The translations under genes and the position numbers were made by a program. Below are positions 48,403 through 61,349 of a DNA stretch of 64,000 nt, in pieces. How positions within the stretch are numbered: the first letter of the stretch is position 1; every line of letters starts with the position of its first letter. The notes below the pieces were generated by a model. The model was not told the origin of the DNA, searched no databases, and saw nothing but the letters and a program-made list of their open reading frames with translations. Origin of the DNA: Mobula hypostoma (taxonomy: Eukaryota); contig NC_086109.1 in assembly GCF_963921235.1 (NCBI RefSeq), positions 33,730,001-33,794,000 on the forward strand, written 5' to 3'.

Positions 48403-51400
48403 CAGTTCCTATAAAAAGTATTCACCCCCCCCCCCCGGAAGTTTTCATGTTTTATTGTTTTACAACATTGAATCACAGTGGATTTAATTTGCCTTTTGAC
48501 ACTGATCAACAGAAAAAACACTCTTTCGTGTCAAAGTGAAAACAGATCTATATAAAGTGGTCTATCTTAATTACAAATATAAAACACAAAGTAATTGGTT
48601 GCATAAGTATTCACCCCCTTCAACTCTGTATCTAGTAGATGCATCTTTTGCAGCAATTACAGCCTTGAGTCTGTGTGGATAGGTCTCTATCAGCTTGGCA
48701 CATCTGGGCCCAGCAATGTTTCCCCATTCTCCTTTACAAAACTGGTCAAACTCTGTCAGATTGCATGGGGATCGTGAGTGAACAGCCCTTTTCAAGTCCA
48801 GCCATAAATTCTCAATTGGATTGAGGTCTGGACTCTGAGTTGGGCACTCTAGGACATTAACTTTGCTGTTTTTAAACCATTCCTGTGTAGCTTTGGCTGT
48901 ATGCTTGGGGTCTTTATCTTACTAGAAAACAAACTTCCTTCCAAGTCGCAGTTCTCTTGCAGACTGCATCAGGTTTTCCTCCAGGATTTCCCTGTGTTTT
49001 GCTGCATTCATTTTACCCTCTACCTTCACAAACCTTCCAGGACCTGCTGCAGTGAAGCATCCCCACAGCATGATGCGGCCACCACCATGCTTCATGGTAG
49101 GGATGGTGTGTTTTGATGATGTGCGGAATTTAGCTTGCGCCAAACATAGCATTTAGTCTGATGGCCAAAAAGCTCAATTTTAGTTTCATCAGACCATAGA
49201 ACCTTCTTCCAACTGACTTCGCAGTTTTTTACATGCCACCTGGCAAACTCTAGCTGAGATTTCATTGAAACCATAGAAACTACAGCACAGAAACAGGCCT
49301 TTTGGCCCTTCTTGGCTGTGCCGAACCCTTTTCTGCCTAGTCCCACTGACCTGCACACGGACCATATCCCTCCATACCGCTCCCATCCTCGTATCTGTCC
49401 AATTTATTCTTAAATGTTAAAAAATAACCCGCATTTACCACCTCATCTGGCAGCTCATTCCATACTCCCACCACGCTCTGTGTGAAGAAGCCCCCCTTAA
49501 TGTTCCCTTTAAACTTTTCCCCCCTCACCCTTAACCCATGTCCTCTGGTTTTTTTTCTCCCCTTGCCTCAGTGGAAAAAGCCTGCTTGCATTCACTCTAT
49601 CTATACCCATCATAATTTTATATACCTCTATCAAATCTCCCCTCATTCTTCTACACTCCAGGGAATAAAGTCCTAACCTATTCAACCTTTCTCTGTAACT
49701 GAGTTTCTCAAGTCCTGGCAACATCCTTGTAAACCTTCTCTGCACTCTTTCAACCTTATTTATATCCTTCCTGTAATTTGGTGACCAAAACTGAATACAA
49801 TACTCCAGATTCGGCCTCACCAATGCCTTATACAACCTCATCATAACATTCCAGCTCTTATACTCAATACTTCGATTAATAAAGGCCAATATACCAAAAA
49901 CTCTCTTTACGACCCTATCTACTTGTGATGCCACTTTTAGGGAATTTTGTATCTGTATTCCCAGATCCCTCTGTTCTACTGCACTCCTCAGTGCCTTACC
50001 ATTAACCCTGTATGTTCTACCTTGGTTTGTCCTTCCAACGTGCAATACCTCACACTTGTCTGTATTAAACTCCATCTGCTATTTTTCAGCCCATTTTTCC
50101 AGCTGGTCCAAGTCCCTCTGCAGGCTCTGAAAAGCTTCCTCACTGTCTACTACACCTCCAATCTTTGTATCATCAGCAAATTTGCTGATCCAATTTACCA
50201 CATTATCATCCAGATCATTGGTATAGATGACAAATAACAATGGACCCAGCACTGATCCCTGTGGCACACCACTAGTCACAGGCATCCACTCAGAGAAGCA
50301 ATTCTCTACCTCCACTCTTTGGCTTTTTCCATTGAGCCAATGTCTAATCCAATTTACCACCTCTCCATGTATACCTAGCGACTGAATTTTCCTAACTAAC
50401 CTCCCATGCGGGACCTTGTCAAAGGCCTTACTGAAATCCATGTAGACAATATCCACTGCCTCCCCTTCATCCACTTTCCTGGTAACCTCCTCGAAAAACT
50501 CCAATAGATTAGTCAAACATGACCTACCATGCACAAAGCCATGTTGACTCTCCCTAATAAGTCTATCCAAATGCTTGCAGATTCTGTCTCTTAGTACTCC
50601 CTCCAATAACTTACCTACTACCGACGTTAAACTCACCGGCCTATAATTTCCCGGATTACTTTTCGATCCTTTTTTAAACAATGGAACAACAAGAGCCACT
50701 CTCCAATCCTCCGGCACCTCACCTGTAGACAGCGACATTTTAAATATTTCTCCCAGGGCCCCGGCAATTTCAACACTGGTCTCCTTCAAGGTCCGAGGGA
50801 ACACTCTGTCAGGTCCCGGGGATTTATCCACTTTAATTTTCCTCAAGACAGCAAGCACCTCCTCCTTTTCAATCTGTACAGCTTCCATGATCTCACTACT
50901 TGTTTCCCTCAATTCCATAGACTTCATGCCAGTTTCCTTAGTAAACACAGACGCAAAAAACCTATTTAAGATCTCCCCCATTTCCTTTGGTTCCGCACAT
51001 AGCCGACCACTCTGATCTTCAAGAGGACCAATTTTATCCCTTACAATCCTTTTGCTCTTAATGTACCTGTAAAAGCTCTTTGGATTATCCTTCACTTTGA
51101 CTGCCAAGACAACCTCATGCCTTCTTTTAGCCCTCCTGATTACTTTCTTAAGTATTTTCTTGCACTTCTTGTACTCCTCAAGCACCTGATTCCCTGTTTC
51201 CTATACATTTCATACAACTCCCTCTTCTTCTTTATCAGAGTTGCAATATCCCTTGAGAACCAAGGTTCCTTATTCCTATTCAATTTGCCTTTAATCCTGA
51301 CAGGAACATACATACTCTGCGCTCTCAAAATTTCCCCTTTGAAAGCTTCCCACCTACCGATCACATCTTTGCCAGAGAACAACCTGTCCCAATCCACGCT

Positions 51401-51788
51401 TTTTAGATCCTTTCTCATTTCTTCAAATTTGGCCTTCTTCCAGTTCCATGTGAGTTTTTTTCAACAGTGGCTTTCTCTTTGCCACTCTCCTATAAAGCTG
51501 CAACTGGTGAAGCACCCGGGTAACAGTCTCTCCCATCTCAGCCATTGAAGCTTGTAACTCTTTCAGAGTTGTCATAGGTCTCTTGGTGGCCTCCCTCACT
51601 ATTTCCCTTCTTGCACGGTCACTCAGTTTTTGAGGATGGCCTGCTCTAGGCAGATTTACAGCTGTGCCATATTCTTTCCAATTCTTGATGATTGACTTAA
51701 TTATACTCCAAGGGATATTCAGTGACTTGGAAATTTTCTTGTATCCATCTCTTGTCTTGTGCTTTTCAATAATCTGTTTGCAGAGCTG
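48403..51788 (-). mobile_element. Tc1-like transposon (IR/DR type) with transposase pseudogene, 5' end missing, interrupted by CR1
   Basis: TA-CAGTTCCTATAAAAAGTATTCACCCCC terminus with inner repeat AAGTATTCACCCCC at about 48605. Encodes KKVLWSDETKIELFG, KHGGGRIMLWGCF and CAKLIETYPHRLKAVIAAK. The reading continues at 51450-51788. Confidence 0.92.
49266..51444 (-). mobile_element. Young 5'-truncated CR1 LINE (linker plus RT plus 3' UTR)
   Basis: ORFs 51140..51418, 50079..51185 ([40 protein letters not shown]) and 49509..50075. The last two are in frame, separated by one TAG (AEK*QMEFN). It has a TTTCTATGG tail. Confidence 0.96.
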
Positions 51789-52187
51789 TAGTAAAGCAGC
51801 AGACCAGGCCGCATGTGTTTAGAAGGAAACTCAATGACCTGATGTTTACCTCTCCATAGGTGCTAGCTGATCTGTACAGTAATTCCAGCACATTGTGTTT
51901 CTGTTAGATTTGCAGTATCTGCAAAATTTAGCTTTCCGGTGCAGTTCACTATTGTTTTTAAATGAAATAGAACATTGCCAATTCTGCACCTATAATCTTC
52001 CAAAGTTCCTGCTCAATACCTGAAAATAACATTGGAGATCAAAACCTACTTAAATAACACTGAGGGGAATTTTGAAAAATTGTGACTACAAAGTTATGGT
52101 TCAAGATCTTAGTGGTAGAATTAATTTCTACAGCTAAACTGGTAGTCAGCATAAACAACAGATGATGGATGGCTTCCTATTTTTGCA

Positions 52188-52494
52188 ACACAAATAGCTG
52201 GTAGAACTCCGCAGGTCAGGCAATGATTATGGAGAGGAATAAACAGTCAATGAATTGGGCCAAGATCCTCTATCGGGTCCCGAAAGGAAGTGAGAAGAAG
52301 TCAGTATACGAAGTTAGGGGCAGGGGAAGGAGTACAAGCTGGCAGGGTGATAGATGAAACAAATCGAGGAGGAAGGTAGGTGCGTGAGTAGGGGAGGGGA
52401 AGGATGACGTGGGAAGCTGTAATGTGGTAGGTGGAAAAGCTAAAGGGCTGAAGAAGATGGGTGAGGAGAGTAGATCATCTGCAGAACCTCTTGT
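52188..52494. mobile_element. Penelope terminal insertion with 16-bp TSD (1 mismatch)
   Basis: GCTTCCTATTTTTGCA (52172-52187) / GCTTCTTATTTTTGCA (52495-52510) flank a minus-strand terminus and a purine-rich tract. Confidence 0.8.
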
Positions 52495-52874
52495 GCTTCT
52501 TATTTTTGCAGTGATGTCTTCTGTTCTGTGATGCTGTTGATAGCGGAAACACCAGGTAGTTGCTTACTTGGTGGGATACACCAATGATGTCTTGCTCATA
52601 TCTTCATTGGAGCTACAACTCTTTTCAGTTTTAATCATAGGTCAAAGGATGGGAAGTTATATATTCATATCTGCTGGTGAGGCAAAAATAGGTTTTGCCA
52701 GGAGTGCTTTGCTCTATACCTCAACACAACCTTGGTCAAAAGAGCTGATGTGAAAATTACTTTCTATAGCATTAAGGCAGCACCTAGCCAAGTGTAACTT
52801 CAGGAAAGTTAAAATTAGCTTAAATTTAAATAAGGATCAGAAGTACAGTGAGACTGGCAGCACTTGCAACATCA

Positions 52875-53048
52875 TAAACTCAAGGGAATCTGTCGACGCT
52901 ACAAATCTTGAACGGTACACAGAAACTACACGAAATGCTGGAGAAACTCAATAAATCAGGCAGCATCTATGGAGTGGAATAAACAGTCGAAATTTTAGAC
53001 TGAGTGCAATCCTTATGAAGGGTTTCCACCAAAATGTCAACTGTTTAC
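52875..53048. mobile_element. Fold-back Penelope terminal remnant
   Basis: A minus-strand terminus (CAGGCAGCATCTATGGAG...CAGTCGAAATTT) is followed by plus-strand CCTTATGAAGGGTTTCCACCAAAATGTCAACTG. Confidence 0.65.
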
Positions 53049-53099
53049 TGTATGTGGTTGACATAGAGTAACTGAAGCTGTGATTGATCTAACGACGGA

Positions 53100-55310
53100 G
53101 CATCCTGGATCCTCATGCTGCTTTTGCCCCGCACTGCTTGTGTCTACCTCCTACCCAAGATCCCAAGTCTCATTGCCCAGGTCAGCCCATTGTCTCTGCC
53201 TTCTCCTGCTCTACTGAACTCATGTCTGCACACCTCGACTCCATTCCATCTCCCATGATAGTGCTAAATTGAAACTACTTCATGTTCATCTTCAAAAACA
53301 GCTTAATTTCTACTTTTAATGTCTCTCCTTTTTTCCTTTCAGGGTGAATGGTTGAAGACCCTGACTTGGAGTTACACTCAGAATTTGGTTCTTTGTGGTG
53401 GTGGGACCCGTTCTTGGGATCTCATCACCGGCTGCTTTTCCATGTCCCAAGTACTCGGACTGGATGACGAGCACACCCTCAGGAATCTGAGATTTCATGA
53501 CTCTGTGAACGTGCTGATTCTAAGCCGGTGCCACCGACTGAAGTGTCATGGGAGAGAATGGAACACCGGGAACAGCTGTCGGAGGCTGTGTACTCCGTAA
53601 GTCATGCTCTCTCCCTCATCGGTAGGTGAGAGATTGTTGCCAATTCTCGAGTCACCGAACTCAAAGAAAAGCAGCACGACGGATTTTTAACACTGTAAGT
53701 CAGTGAGTTGTTTTGTTATGTCCCCCCTCTCTTTCTCTTTATTAGGGAGAGAGAGAACCTGTGGCATGTTGAATTAGGTGAACTATTAGTTGGTGTTGTA
53801 CTGCAGATCATGGATTTCACTGGGGGCTTTGCTATTGCATGCCTGGTGGGTGGAAGATGCGGATGCTTTTATAGCTGATGTGGATGGGGGATGGAGAGGG
53901 TCATTACTTTGCTGATGCTTGTGTGTGGGGGGCGAGAGTTGGGATGGTCTTTGGGGTTCTAACATTTTAACTGTCATTCATTCTTTGGGGGCACTCGTCT
54001 GTTTTTGTGAATATCTGCACAGAAAAAGAATTTCAGAGTGTACATTGCATATATTTCTCTGATATTAAATGCAACTATTGAAATATTAGTTTAGTTCCTT
54101 CCCACCTACACCTGCAACACTTCACATGGCCTCAATCTTCTCATCAACTTTCAATTCCCTGACACTGATCACCTAATTTTCATTATGGATGTCCTTCCCT
54201 ATACACTTCTGTCCCCATCAAGAAGGCATTAAAGCTCTCCACCTTCTCCTCAACAAAAGACCCAACCAGTTGCCCTCCACCACCACTGTCCTCCATCTGG
54301 AAAAATTGGTCCTTGCCCTTAACAATTTCTCCTTCATCTCCTCCCACTTTCTCCATATTCAACGGATAGCTACAAGCACCCCTATGGGGCCCAGCTACGT
54401 CTGCCTTTCATTAGCTATACGGAACAGCCCTTGTCTCAAGTCTTCCATGGCAATGCTCTTTAACTCTTCTTGTGCTACATTGATCACCGCATTGATGTTG
54501 CTTCATGCACCCATGCTCATCTTGTCAACTGATCTCATCAACTTTGCCTCCAACTTCTACCCTGCCCTTAAGTTCACTTGGTCCATTTTCGGCACCCCCT
54601 TCCCCTTTCTCGATCTCTCTGTCTTCACCTCTAGAAGCAAACTGTCTACTGACATCTTTTATAAACCTGCCGATTGCATTGGTTATCTTGACTATGCCTC
54701 TTCCCACCCTGCCTCCTGTAAAAATGCTACTCCCTTTTTTCAGTTCCTTCATCTCTGCCACATCTGTTCCCAGGAAGAGGCTTTCCTTTCTAGGATATCA
54801 GCAATGTCCTCTTTATTCAAAGAACAAGGTTTCAACATGTCGGTCTATGGCCTCTTCCTTTGCCACGATGAGACCACTCTCAGGGTGGAGGAGCAACACC
54901 TCCAGTTCCGACTGGGTAGCCTCCAACCTGATGGAATGAACAACAATTTCTCCTTCCGGTAATTTCTTTTTGCTTCACACTTCCCTCTTCTTCTATTCCC
55001 CATTCTGGCCTCTTAAACTCTTCTCATCACCTACCTATAACTTCCTCCTTGTGTCTTTCCTTCTTCCCTTTCTCCTATGGTCCACTCTCCTCTCCTATCA
55101 GATTCCTTCTCCAGCCTTTTCCCGCCCAGCTGGCTTCACCGATCACATTCTAGCTTGTCCTCCTTCACCTCCCCCCATTTTTTATACTGACATCTTCCCC
55201 TTCTTTTCCAGTCCTGATGAAGTGTCTTGACCTGAAATGTTAATTGTTTATTCATTTTCACGGATGCTGCCTGACCTGCTGAGTTCTTCCAGCCTTTTAT
55301 GTACATTGTG
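53100..55310 (+). mobile_element. Penelope-like element (RT remnant plus terminal region), interrupted at about 53259-54087 by a non-coding LINE-derived insert
   Basis: Encodes PRTACVYLLPKI, LVLALNNFSF...TPMGPSYVCL, FPFLDLSV...TDIFYKP and EEQHLQFRLGSLQPDGMN. A terminal hammerhead-like motif lies at 55209-55246. Confidence 0.88.
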
Positions 55311-55319
55311 AAAAGATAT

Positions 55320-56090
55320 CTAGTGAGTTGGTCACACTGCGGTTACAGAAAGAGGGAAAGTGCGTGACCTCCAGGAGAGGCAGTAAGGGCAATAGTATCC
55401 AGTGTAGTCATTCCCCTCTCAGACTGATATACCGTATTGGATATAGTCAGGGGTATAGCCTCTCAGGGGAAAACAATAATAACAGCCAAATTTGTGGCAC
55501 TACAAAGGGTTTTGCTCCACAGGAGGGGAGGAATAAGATTGGGAGAGCAATGACAATAGGGGATTCTGTCATTAATGGGGCAGATATGAGTTTTTGGAGG
55601 CTGCAAATAAAACTTCAAGTTATATATTGTCCACCTGGTTCTATGCTCTATGGTTACAAATGCCCCGGATCTTCTGAAGATCGGAATGGCCGGTGATTGT
55701 GGGACACAATGGTACCACCTACACAGGTAGGAGAATTGAAAGGTTGCCTGCTTCCACCAGGCCATCAGACTGATTAATTCATGTTGATACAATTGTATTT
55801 CTATGCTATGTTGACTGTCCTGTTGTATATACCCATTTATTACAAGTTACTATAAATTGCATATTGTACATTTAGAAGGAGATGTAAAGATTTTTACTTC
55901 TCATGTACGTGAAGGATGTAAGAAATAAAGTCAATTCAATTCAGTTCCCAGGAGTGAGCTTTGTGTTCGAGATCATTTGGACCATTTCAGGGGTAAGTAG
56001 AGCCTGTACAAGAGGGATAGGTTGTACCTAAATTGGACTATTCTGGTAGGGAGTTTTGCTAATGCTATTGGAGGTTTAAAACTGAGTTGG
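55320..56090 (+). mobile_element. CR1 ORF1 (SGNH esterase-like) remnants split by a Rex1-like 3' fragment (about 55690-55945)
   Basis: Encodes RAMTIGDSVINGAD...IYCPPG, and LYKRDRLYLN at about 56000. Confidence 0.65.
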
Positions 56091-56839
56091 AATGTATAAT
56101 TTTATATTCTATATTTACTTCCTTTATCACTTTCTTCCTTTGCTGCATTCTAACATGTTCCCAGTCCTCAGCCTGCCAACTTTTCTGGTAACTATGTAGA
56201 CCTCTTCCTTAGATTCAACACCATCTTTAATTTTCCTTTACCACTCACGGTGTAATCAAATTTCCTATTGGGTTTCTGTGCCTAGAAAGAATTTTGTCTG
56301 CAACTTAAGCATTGTTTATTTAAATGATAACCAATATCTACCCACCATCATTTCTTTCATTGTACTCTCCCAATCAACCATTGTCAACCCTCCCTCTTTC
56401 TTTGTTAATTTTCTTTAGATTTCAGATCCTTGTTTTGTACTTTCAGTGCAAAATTTTATAATGCTACGTTTAACTTTCCCCAAAGTCTCCTAGCAACAAG
56501 ATTATCAATTAATTCTTCTCAGTGCACAAAATGGCATCCAGTATAACATTTTCTTCAGCTCAGTATATTGATCTAGAAAAGTCCCCTATATAGCATTCCA
56601 TAAGTTCATCTTTCACTTCAATACAACTAATTTGATGCTTTAATGTCTCCTGTAATTACCTCTTTAACATGCACATCTATTTATGTATGTGTAGCTCATT
56701 TAGTACTGGAACTAATATTTAACATGGCTAATAAATAATTTCTACTCTGTTTGCTGGCCTTTATTTTATAGCTTGTTCCAAACCTATTCTGATTCTTCAT
56801 TTGCCACCCGAAAATCATTTCTTATCACTGCTCAAATCT

Positions 56840-57477
56840 GGAGGGAGGAGAAGATGACAACGTGACGCGCGGCCGTTCTGAATGAATATCGATATGTGTA
56901 ACTAGGGCTGCCGTGCACAATCCGGATTTGATGGGGACAGCCGTGAAGCGCAGAGGAACATCTGGAGAAACTTCTGAAATGCCTGCTTGGCTGCCGCTGC
57001 TACTGTGCGATCGAGAATCTCCGGAGATGAAGGCCCCAAATCTTCGGCTTTGCGTATTGCCTGTTGCTGGGGCTGGGGTCGAAATGCCCGGCAGAGATGC
57101 TGCTCGGTGCTCAGTGTCGAATAGGTGGTCAGATGCTCAGAGTTTTTCGGACGGACTCGGAGTTGGACTGTGGTCAGATGCTTCTGGAATGCTGCATCGG
57201 CAAGTTGGCAGCGCTGGAGGTTTACCATCTGTGTGAGATGATGGGACTTCCAACAGACTCTGAGACTTTTACTGTGCCATGGTCTGTTCTCATCAAATTA
57301 CGGCATTGCTTTGCACTGTTGTAACCATATGTTATAATTATGTGTTTTTTGTTGGTTTTTAAGTCGGTTTGTCATGTGTTTTCATGATATCATTCTGGAA
57401 AAGCATTTTTATCATTTCTTAATGCATGCATTACTAAATGACAATAATAGGGGACTGCGTGTACTCATAATCATAAT
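56840..57477 (+). mobile_element. Non-coding retroelement, same family as 43617-44276
   Basis: Head GGAGAAGATGAC, shared GGAACATCTGG..AA.CTTCTGAAATGCC, and 3' AATGACAATAA...CTCATAATCATAAT. Confidence 0.75.
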
Positions 57478-57514
57478 TAATAGTGTCTATGTTCAAGTAA
57501 AAGTTTAAATGAAA

Positions 57515-58250
57515 GCTGAAGTTTATTTATTGTCATTCAACCATACACGTATATACTGCCAAATGAGACAACATTGTCTTTGTGACAATTCCCGTGCGGT
57601 TGACTTCCTTTACCTCTTGACTTTATTGATCCTCCAGACCAAGCTGCACAACACAATGTATATAACTCACACACATAACACATAAAGTAATATTACCACA
57701 AATAAATTAACAAATAATAAGATACATTTACAAGATGACTTAAAAAGTAAACAGTACAGCGCTTCTAGTGCTCTCTGCATGATGAGACCTGGGTGGTGGC
57801 AGGGAACTCAGTAGTCTTCCAGCCTTGGGGAAGAAGCTGTTTCCCATCCTAACAGTTCTTATCCTAATGCCACGGTACCTCTTGCCGGATGGTGGGGGAG
57901 GGGGTCAAAGAGATTGTTGGATGGATGTGAGAGGTCATTGATAATGCTAAGGGCCCTGCATACACAGCGCTCCTGATAAGTATCTCGGGGTGGAAGAGAA
58001 ACCCCGATGATCCTCTCAGCGGTCCTCGCAGCCTTTTGTAGGTTCTTGTGGTCAGATGCCTTGCAATTCCCGAACCAGGCGGTGATGCAGCTGGTCTGGA
58101 CACTCTTGATAGTGCTCCTGTAAAACTTGGTTAGAATGCTGGAGGGAAGGGGGAGGGTGCCTCACTCATTTCAATCTCCTCAGGAAGTGGAGTCACAGCT
58201 GTGCTTCCCTGACCAAAGAGGTGGTGTTGAGGGACTAAATGAGAGCATCC
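57515..58250 (-). mobile_element. Rex1/Babar-like 3' fragment
   Basis: The minus strand reads like LTKFYRSTIKSVQTSCITAWFGNCKASD, followed by the typical 3' UTR. Confidence 0.7.
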
Positions 58251-58379
58251 TAAGTATATTTCCTAAATATTGAATGGCACGCAATATTTAGTTGCCAGCT
58301 TTAGTCACGTTGTGGCCATATTTCCATAATGGCAAATAGATCTTAATTCGACTTCGAATTCTTAATCGACTTCTCTAAC

Positions 58380-58752
58380 TTCCACTAGTGCCCCATCTGT
58401 TATTGATTTTTATACATACATTCTTTCTCTCACTTTCCTTTTTCTCCCTCTGTCCCTCTGACTATACCCCTTGCCCATCCTCTGTTCCCCCCCCCACCCG
58501 TCTTTCTCCCTGGACCTCCTGTCCCATGATCCTCTCATATCCCTTTTGCCTATCACCTGTCCAGCTCTTGGGTCCATCCCTCCCCCTCCTGTCTTCTCCT
58601 ATCATTTTGGATCTCCCCCTCCCCCTCTCACTTTCAAATCTCTTACTAACTCTTCCTTCAGTTAGTCCTGACGAACGGTCTCGGCCTGAAACATCGACTG
58701 AAACTCTTCCAATAGATGCTGCCTGGCCTGCTGCGTTTACCAGCAACTTTGA
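58380..58752 (+). mobile_element. Penelope terminal (pseudo-LTR) fragment
   Basis: Pyrimidine-rich tract, hammerhead-like motif, then ATAGATGCTGCCTGGCCTGCTGCG. Confidence 0.8.
58662..58701 (+). ncRNA. Minimal type-I hammerhead ribozyme-like motif (CpG-decayed)
   Basis: Reads TTAGTC-CTGACGA-ACGGTCTCGGCCT-GAAA-CA-TC-GACTGA. The stem I arms pair, and both core boxes are present (CUGANGA 58668-58674, GAAA 58688-58691). Confidence 0.6.
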
Positions 58753-59229
58753 TGAGCATTCAGACATGTTGTCTTTGTAATGATTCCCTATAGCTGACTT
58801 CCTTTACCTTTTGACTTTATTTTTGTGTTTTATTTCACTTAATAATTTTTCAGCTTTCCTTTCCACTTTGTTTCCCTTCTTATCCAACTCCCTTTTGATG
58901 GGAATCCTCCTGTCAAGCTTGTTCAAACAAGAGACATCTCAGTCAGGAAAAACATCCTTCCCACATTCAGTCAGAGAAGTCTATCAGTCTATCAGAATTT
59001 TGTATGTTTCAATCAGATCGCCTTTCATGATTCTAAGCTCCAGTGAATACAAACCTAGTTTGCTTAACCTAACCTCATATGGCAATTTCAGTTTCTCGGT
59101 ATCAGTCTGGTCAAACTTTGCAGTAACTGCTCATCATTTTTCTCCATATATAACTACAACAGGTTTTCTCATATACACACCTAGTCTAACTTTATCATTT
59201 TGAAACAGATTTAGGCATGTTTCCCAAAT

Positions 59230-60000
59230 TAATATCATTTACTGATCTGGTTACATACCTTCCAAGGCAATAACGTATATGGTAAGAAGCTGAGGGCGTA
59301 ACACCAGTCTCTGTGGAATAGGCCAACTCTCATTGGAGGAAGCAGATCCATAATTTGCATCAGTTTTTACATCTGTTCCGATTACCAATAAATATTGCCA
59401 GGTTACCTTCAAATCTATAACTTTGCCAGTGATTTCTGAGGGATAGTTTACAAGTTTTATTTGTGAGAAAGTACCATGTGAATCCTGATGGAGTGGCGTC
59501 TTTTTTCAAAACAACTGCTACTGAAACAAGAATCATTTGTTGCTCTTCCATTCCAAGCTCGGCTTAACCTCATTGTCATTAATCGACCAATCTCTTTCTG
59601 TTCCTATTCAGCTATTCAGATCAAAGTGACCCCAGATGTGCTCAATAGTGACCTATTGTCCGATTGAATGTTCAGTCTGTGGTTCTTGTCCTCCGGCTGG
59701 TCATATTCTTCTATCTTATTTCCTACAACAGAGTCTGAAAGCAGTGAAGCCAGCATGATATCAACCGAAACATGTACTGTTGAGATAATATTGGAGACTG
59801 ACTTGTCATATGCAGAAATGTTTATTTCTGAACCTCTGGTTTCAAGATTCCAAGCAATAATGAGGAGGGCATAATAAATACAGCAATCAATTCATCATTC
59901 AGCCTTCTGCATTTTTCCAATACAGGTCTCACTGCATCACTGATATTTTTTTGAAGTCCGTCAATCAGCATTACACCCTTGTAGCGACTTCAACTTGAAA
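59230..60000 (-). mobile_element. Ancient LINE RT remnant
   Basis: The minus strand reads PQRLVLRPQLLTIYVIAL at about 59260-59315, similar to [18 protein letters not shown]. Confidence 0.5.
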
Positions 60001-60912
60001 ATCTGAAAAAATGCTCTCTTTCCTAGTACTCTCATTTCCACTCTGCATCCATGTGCCAAATACTTTAAAGTTTAGATGCAGCTTAAAACCCTGTTCACAA
60101 TGAATTTTTGAACACTCTATCCCAAGTTTGTAATATTAAGTATTTTTTTTATTAACAGGCCAGTGAAGTGCCATGGGGCTTTTTGTAATATTAAAGACAT
60201 ATAAATTCAAAGTTCGATTAAGTGTAAAACATTACAATACAGTTACAGGCCCTTTGGCCCGATGTCAGCTCTGATCATGATGCCAATCTAAATTAATTCC
60301 ATCATGCTCCCTAGCCGTCTCAGAATCAGAATCACTTTATTGCCAGTACTGTATGTGAAACATACCAGAATTGATTGTGGTTTGGTGCCAAGCATAAAAC
60401 ACAGGGCAATACCAAAACAGACAACACAGTAGCAACCAACAATGCAAACGGCTGTGAGCAATCAGTCAATAATTGGCAAAATGGTCACATGACCAAACAC
60501 CAATAATCAAACAAATAAATGGGAATATATGAACATATAAACAGATCAATAATTATCAACTGAACAAGAAGAGCAGGAAAGACCATTTAACAGATATTGT
60601 GCAGGGATAACGTTGTGTGCGGTTTGTTGAGAAGCTGGATAGCTACAGGACAGAACCTTTGGAGATGGCATGTAGTCCTGCTGGTGATGGACTTGTAGCG
60701 TCTCCCTGATGGTGAATAAGTGATCGCTAGGGTGGGCAGAGTCAGCAGTAATTCTCTGCCAACCACTCACTGTGTTAAAAGAAGCTTATTCTGCAAATCT
60801 CTCTTGTTCTCATCTTAATCCTAGATCATCTGGTATTTGACTTTTTCATTATGGGTAAAAGACCTTGACTATCCACTCTGTGTAAAATTAGGAGAGTCAG
60901 ATGTACATTTCT

Positions 60913-61122
60913 CAAACACAAAAAAAGTCTGAAGATGCTGGAAAGCCAAGGCAACACACACATAACACGGGAGGACCTCATCAGGTCAGGCATTTCAGGT
61001 TGAGTAATCAGTCAATATTTCAGCCTTTCTTGGGTTTTGGCCCTGAACGTTGACTGTATACTCATTTTCATAGATGCTGCCTGACCTGCTTAGTTCCTCC
61101 AGCATTCTGTGGTGTGCTGCAT
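60913..61122. mobile_element. Fold-back Penelope terminal insertion with 12-bp TSD, inside a minus-strand CR1 remnant
   Basis: ATGTACATTTCT flanks it at 60901-60912 and 61123-61134. The inverted termini are CAGGTCAGGCA and TGCCTGACCTG. Confidence 0.8.
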
Positions 61123-61349
61123 ATGTACATTTCTGCCAATTTTCTTTTCCGCTTCTGAAGCTCCAGAGGAAATAATTGCAGATGGTCCAACTTCTTCTAG
61201 TGGTTAGTACACTCCAATCCAGACAGGATCCTCTTATATACCCTTGCCAAAGCCTCCACATCCTTCCTGTAGTGTGGTGACCTGAAATGCACACTATACT
61301 CCAAATGTAACTTAGCCAAAGTTTCTTTTTGTAACATGATTCCCAACCT

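Noticed and set aside
8687..48510. CACAGTG heptamers (about 8687, 18949, 25551, 29122, 48474) as possible V(D)J recombination signals
   Set aside because: None has an ACAAAAACC-like nonamer at 12 or 23 bp spacing, and I see no V, D or J coding segments.
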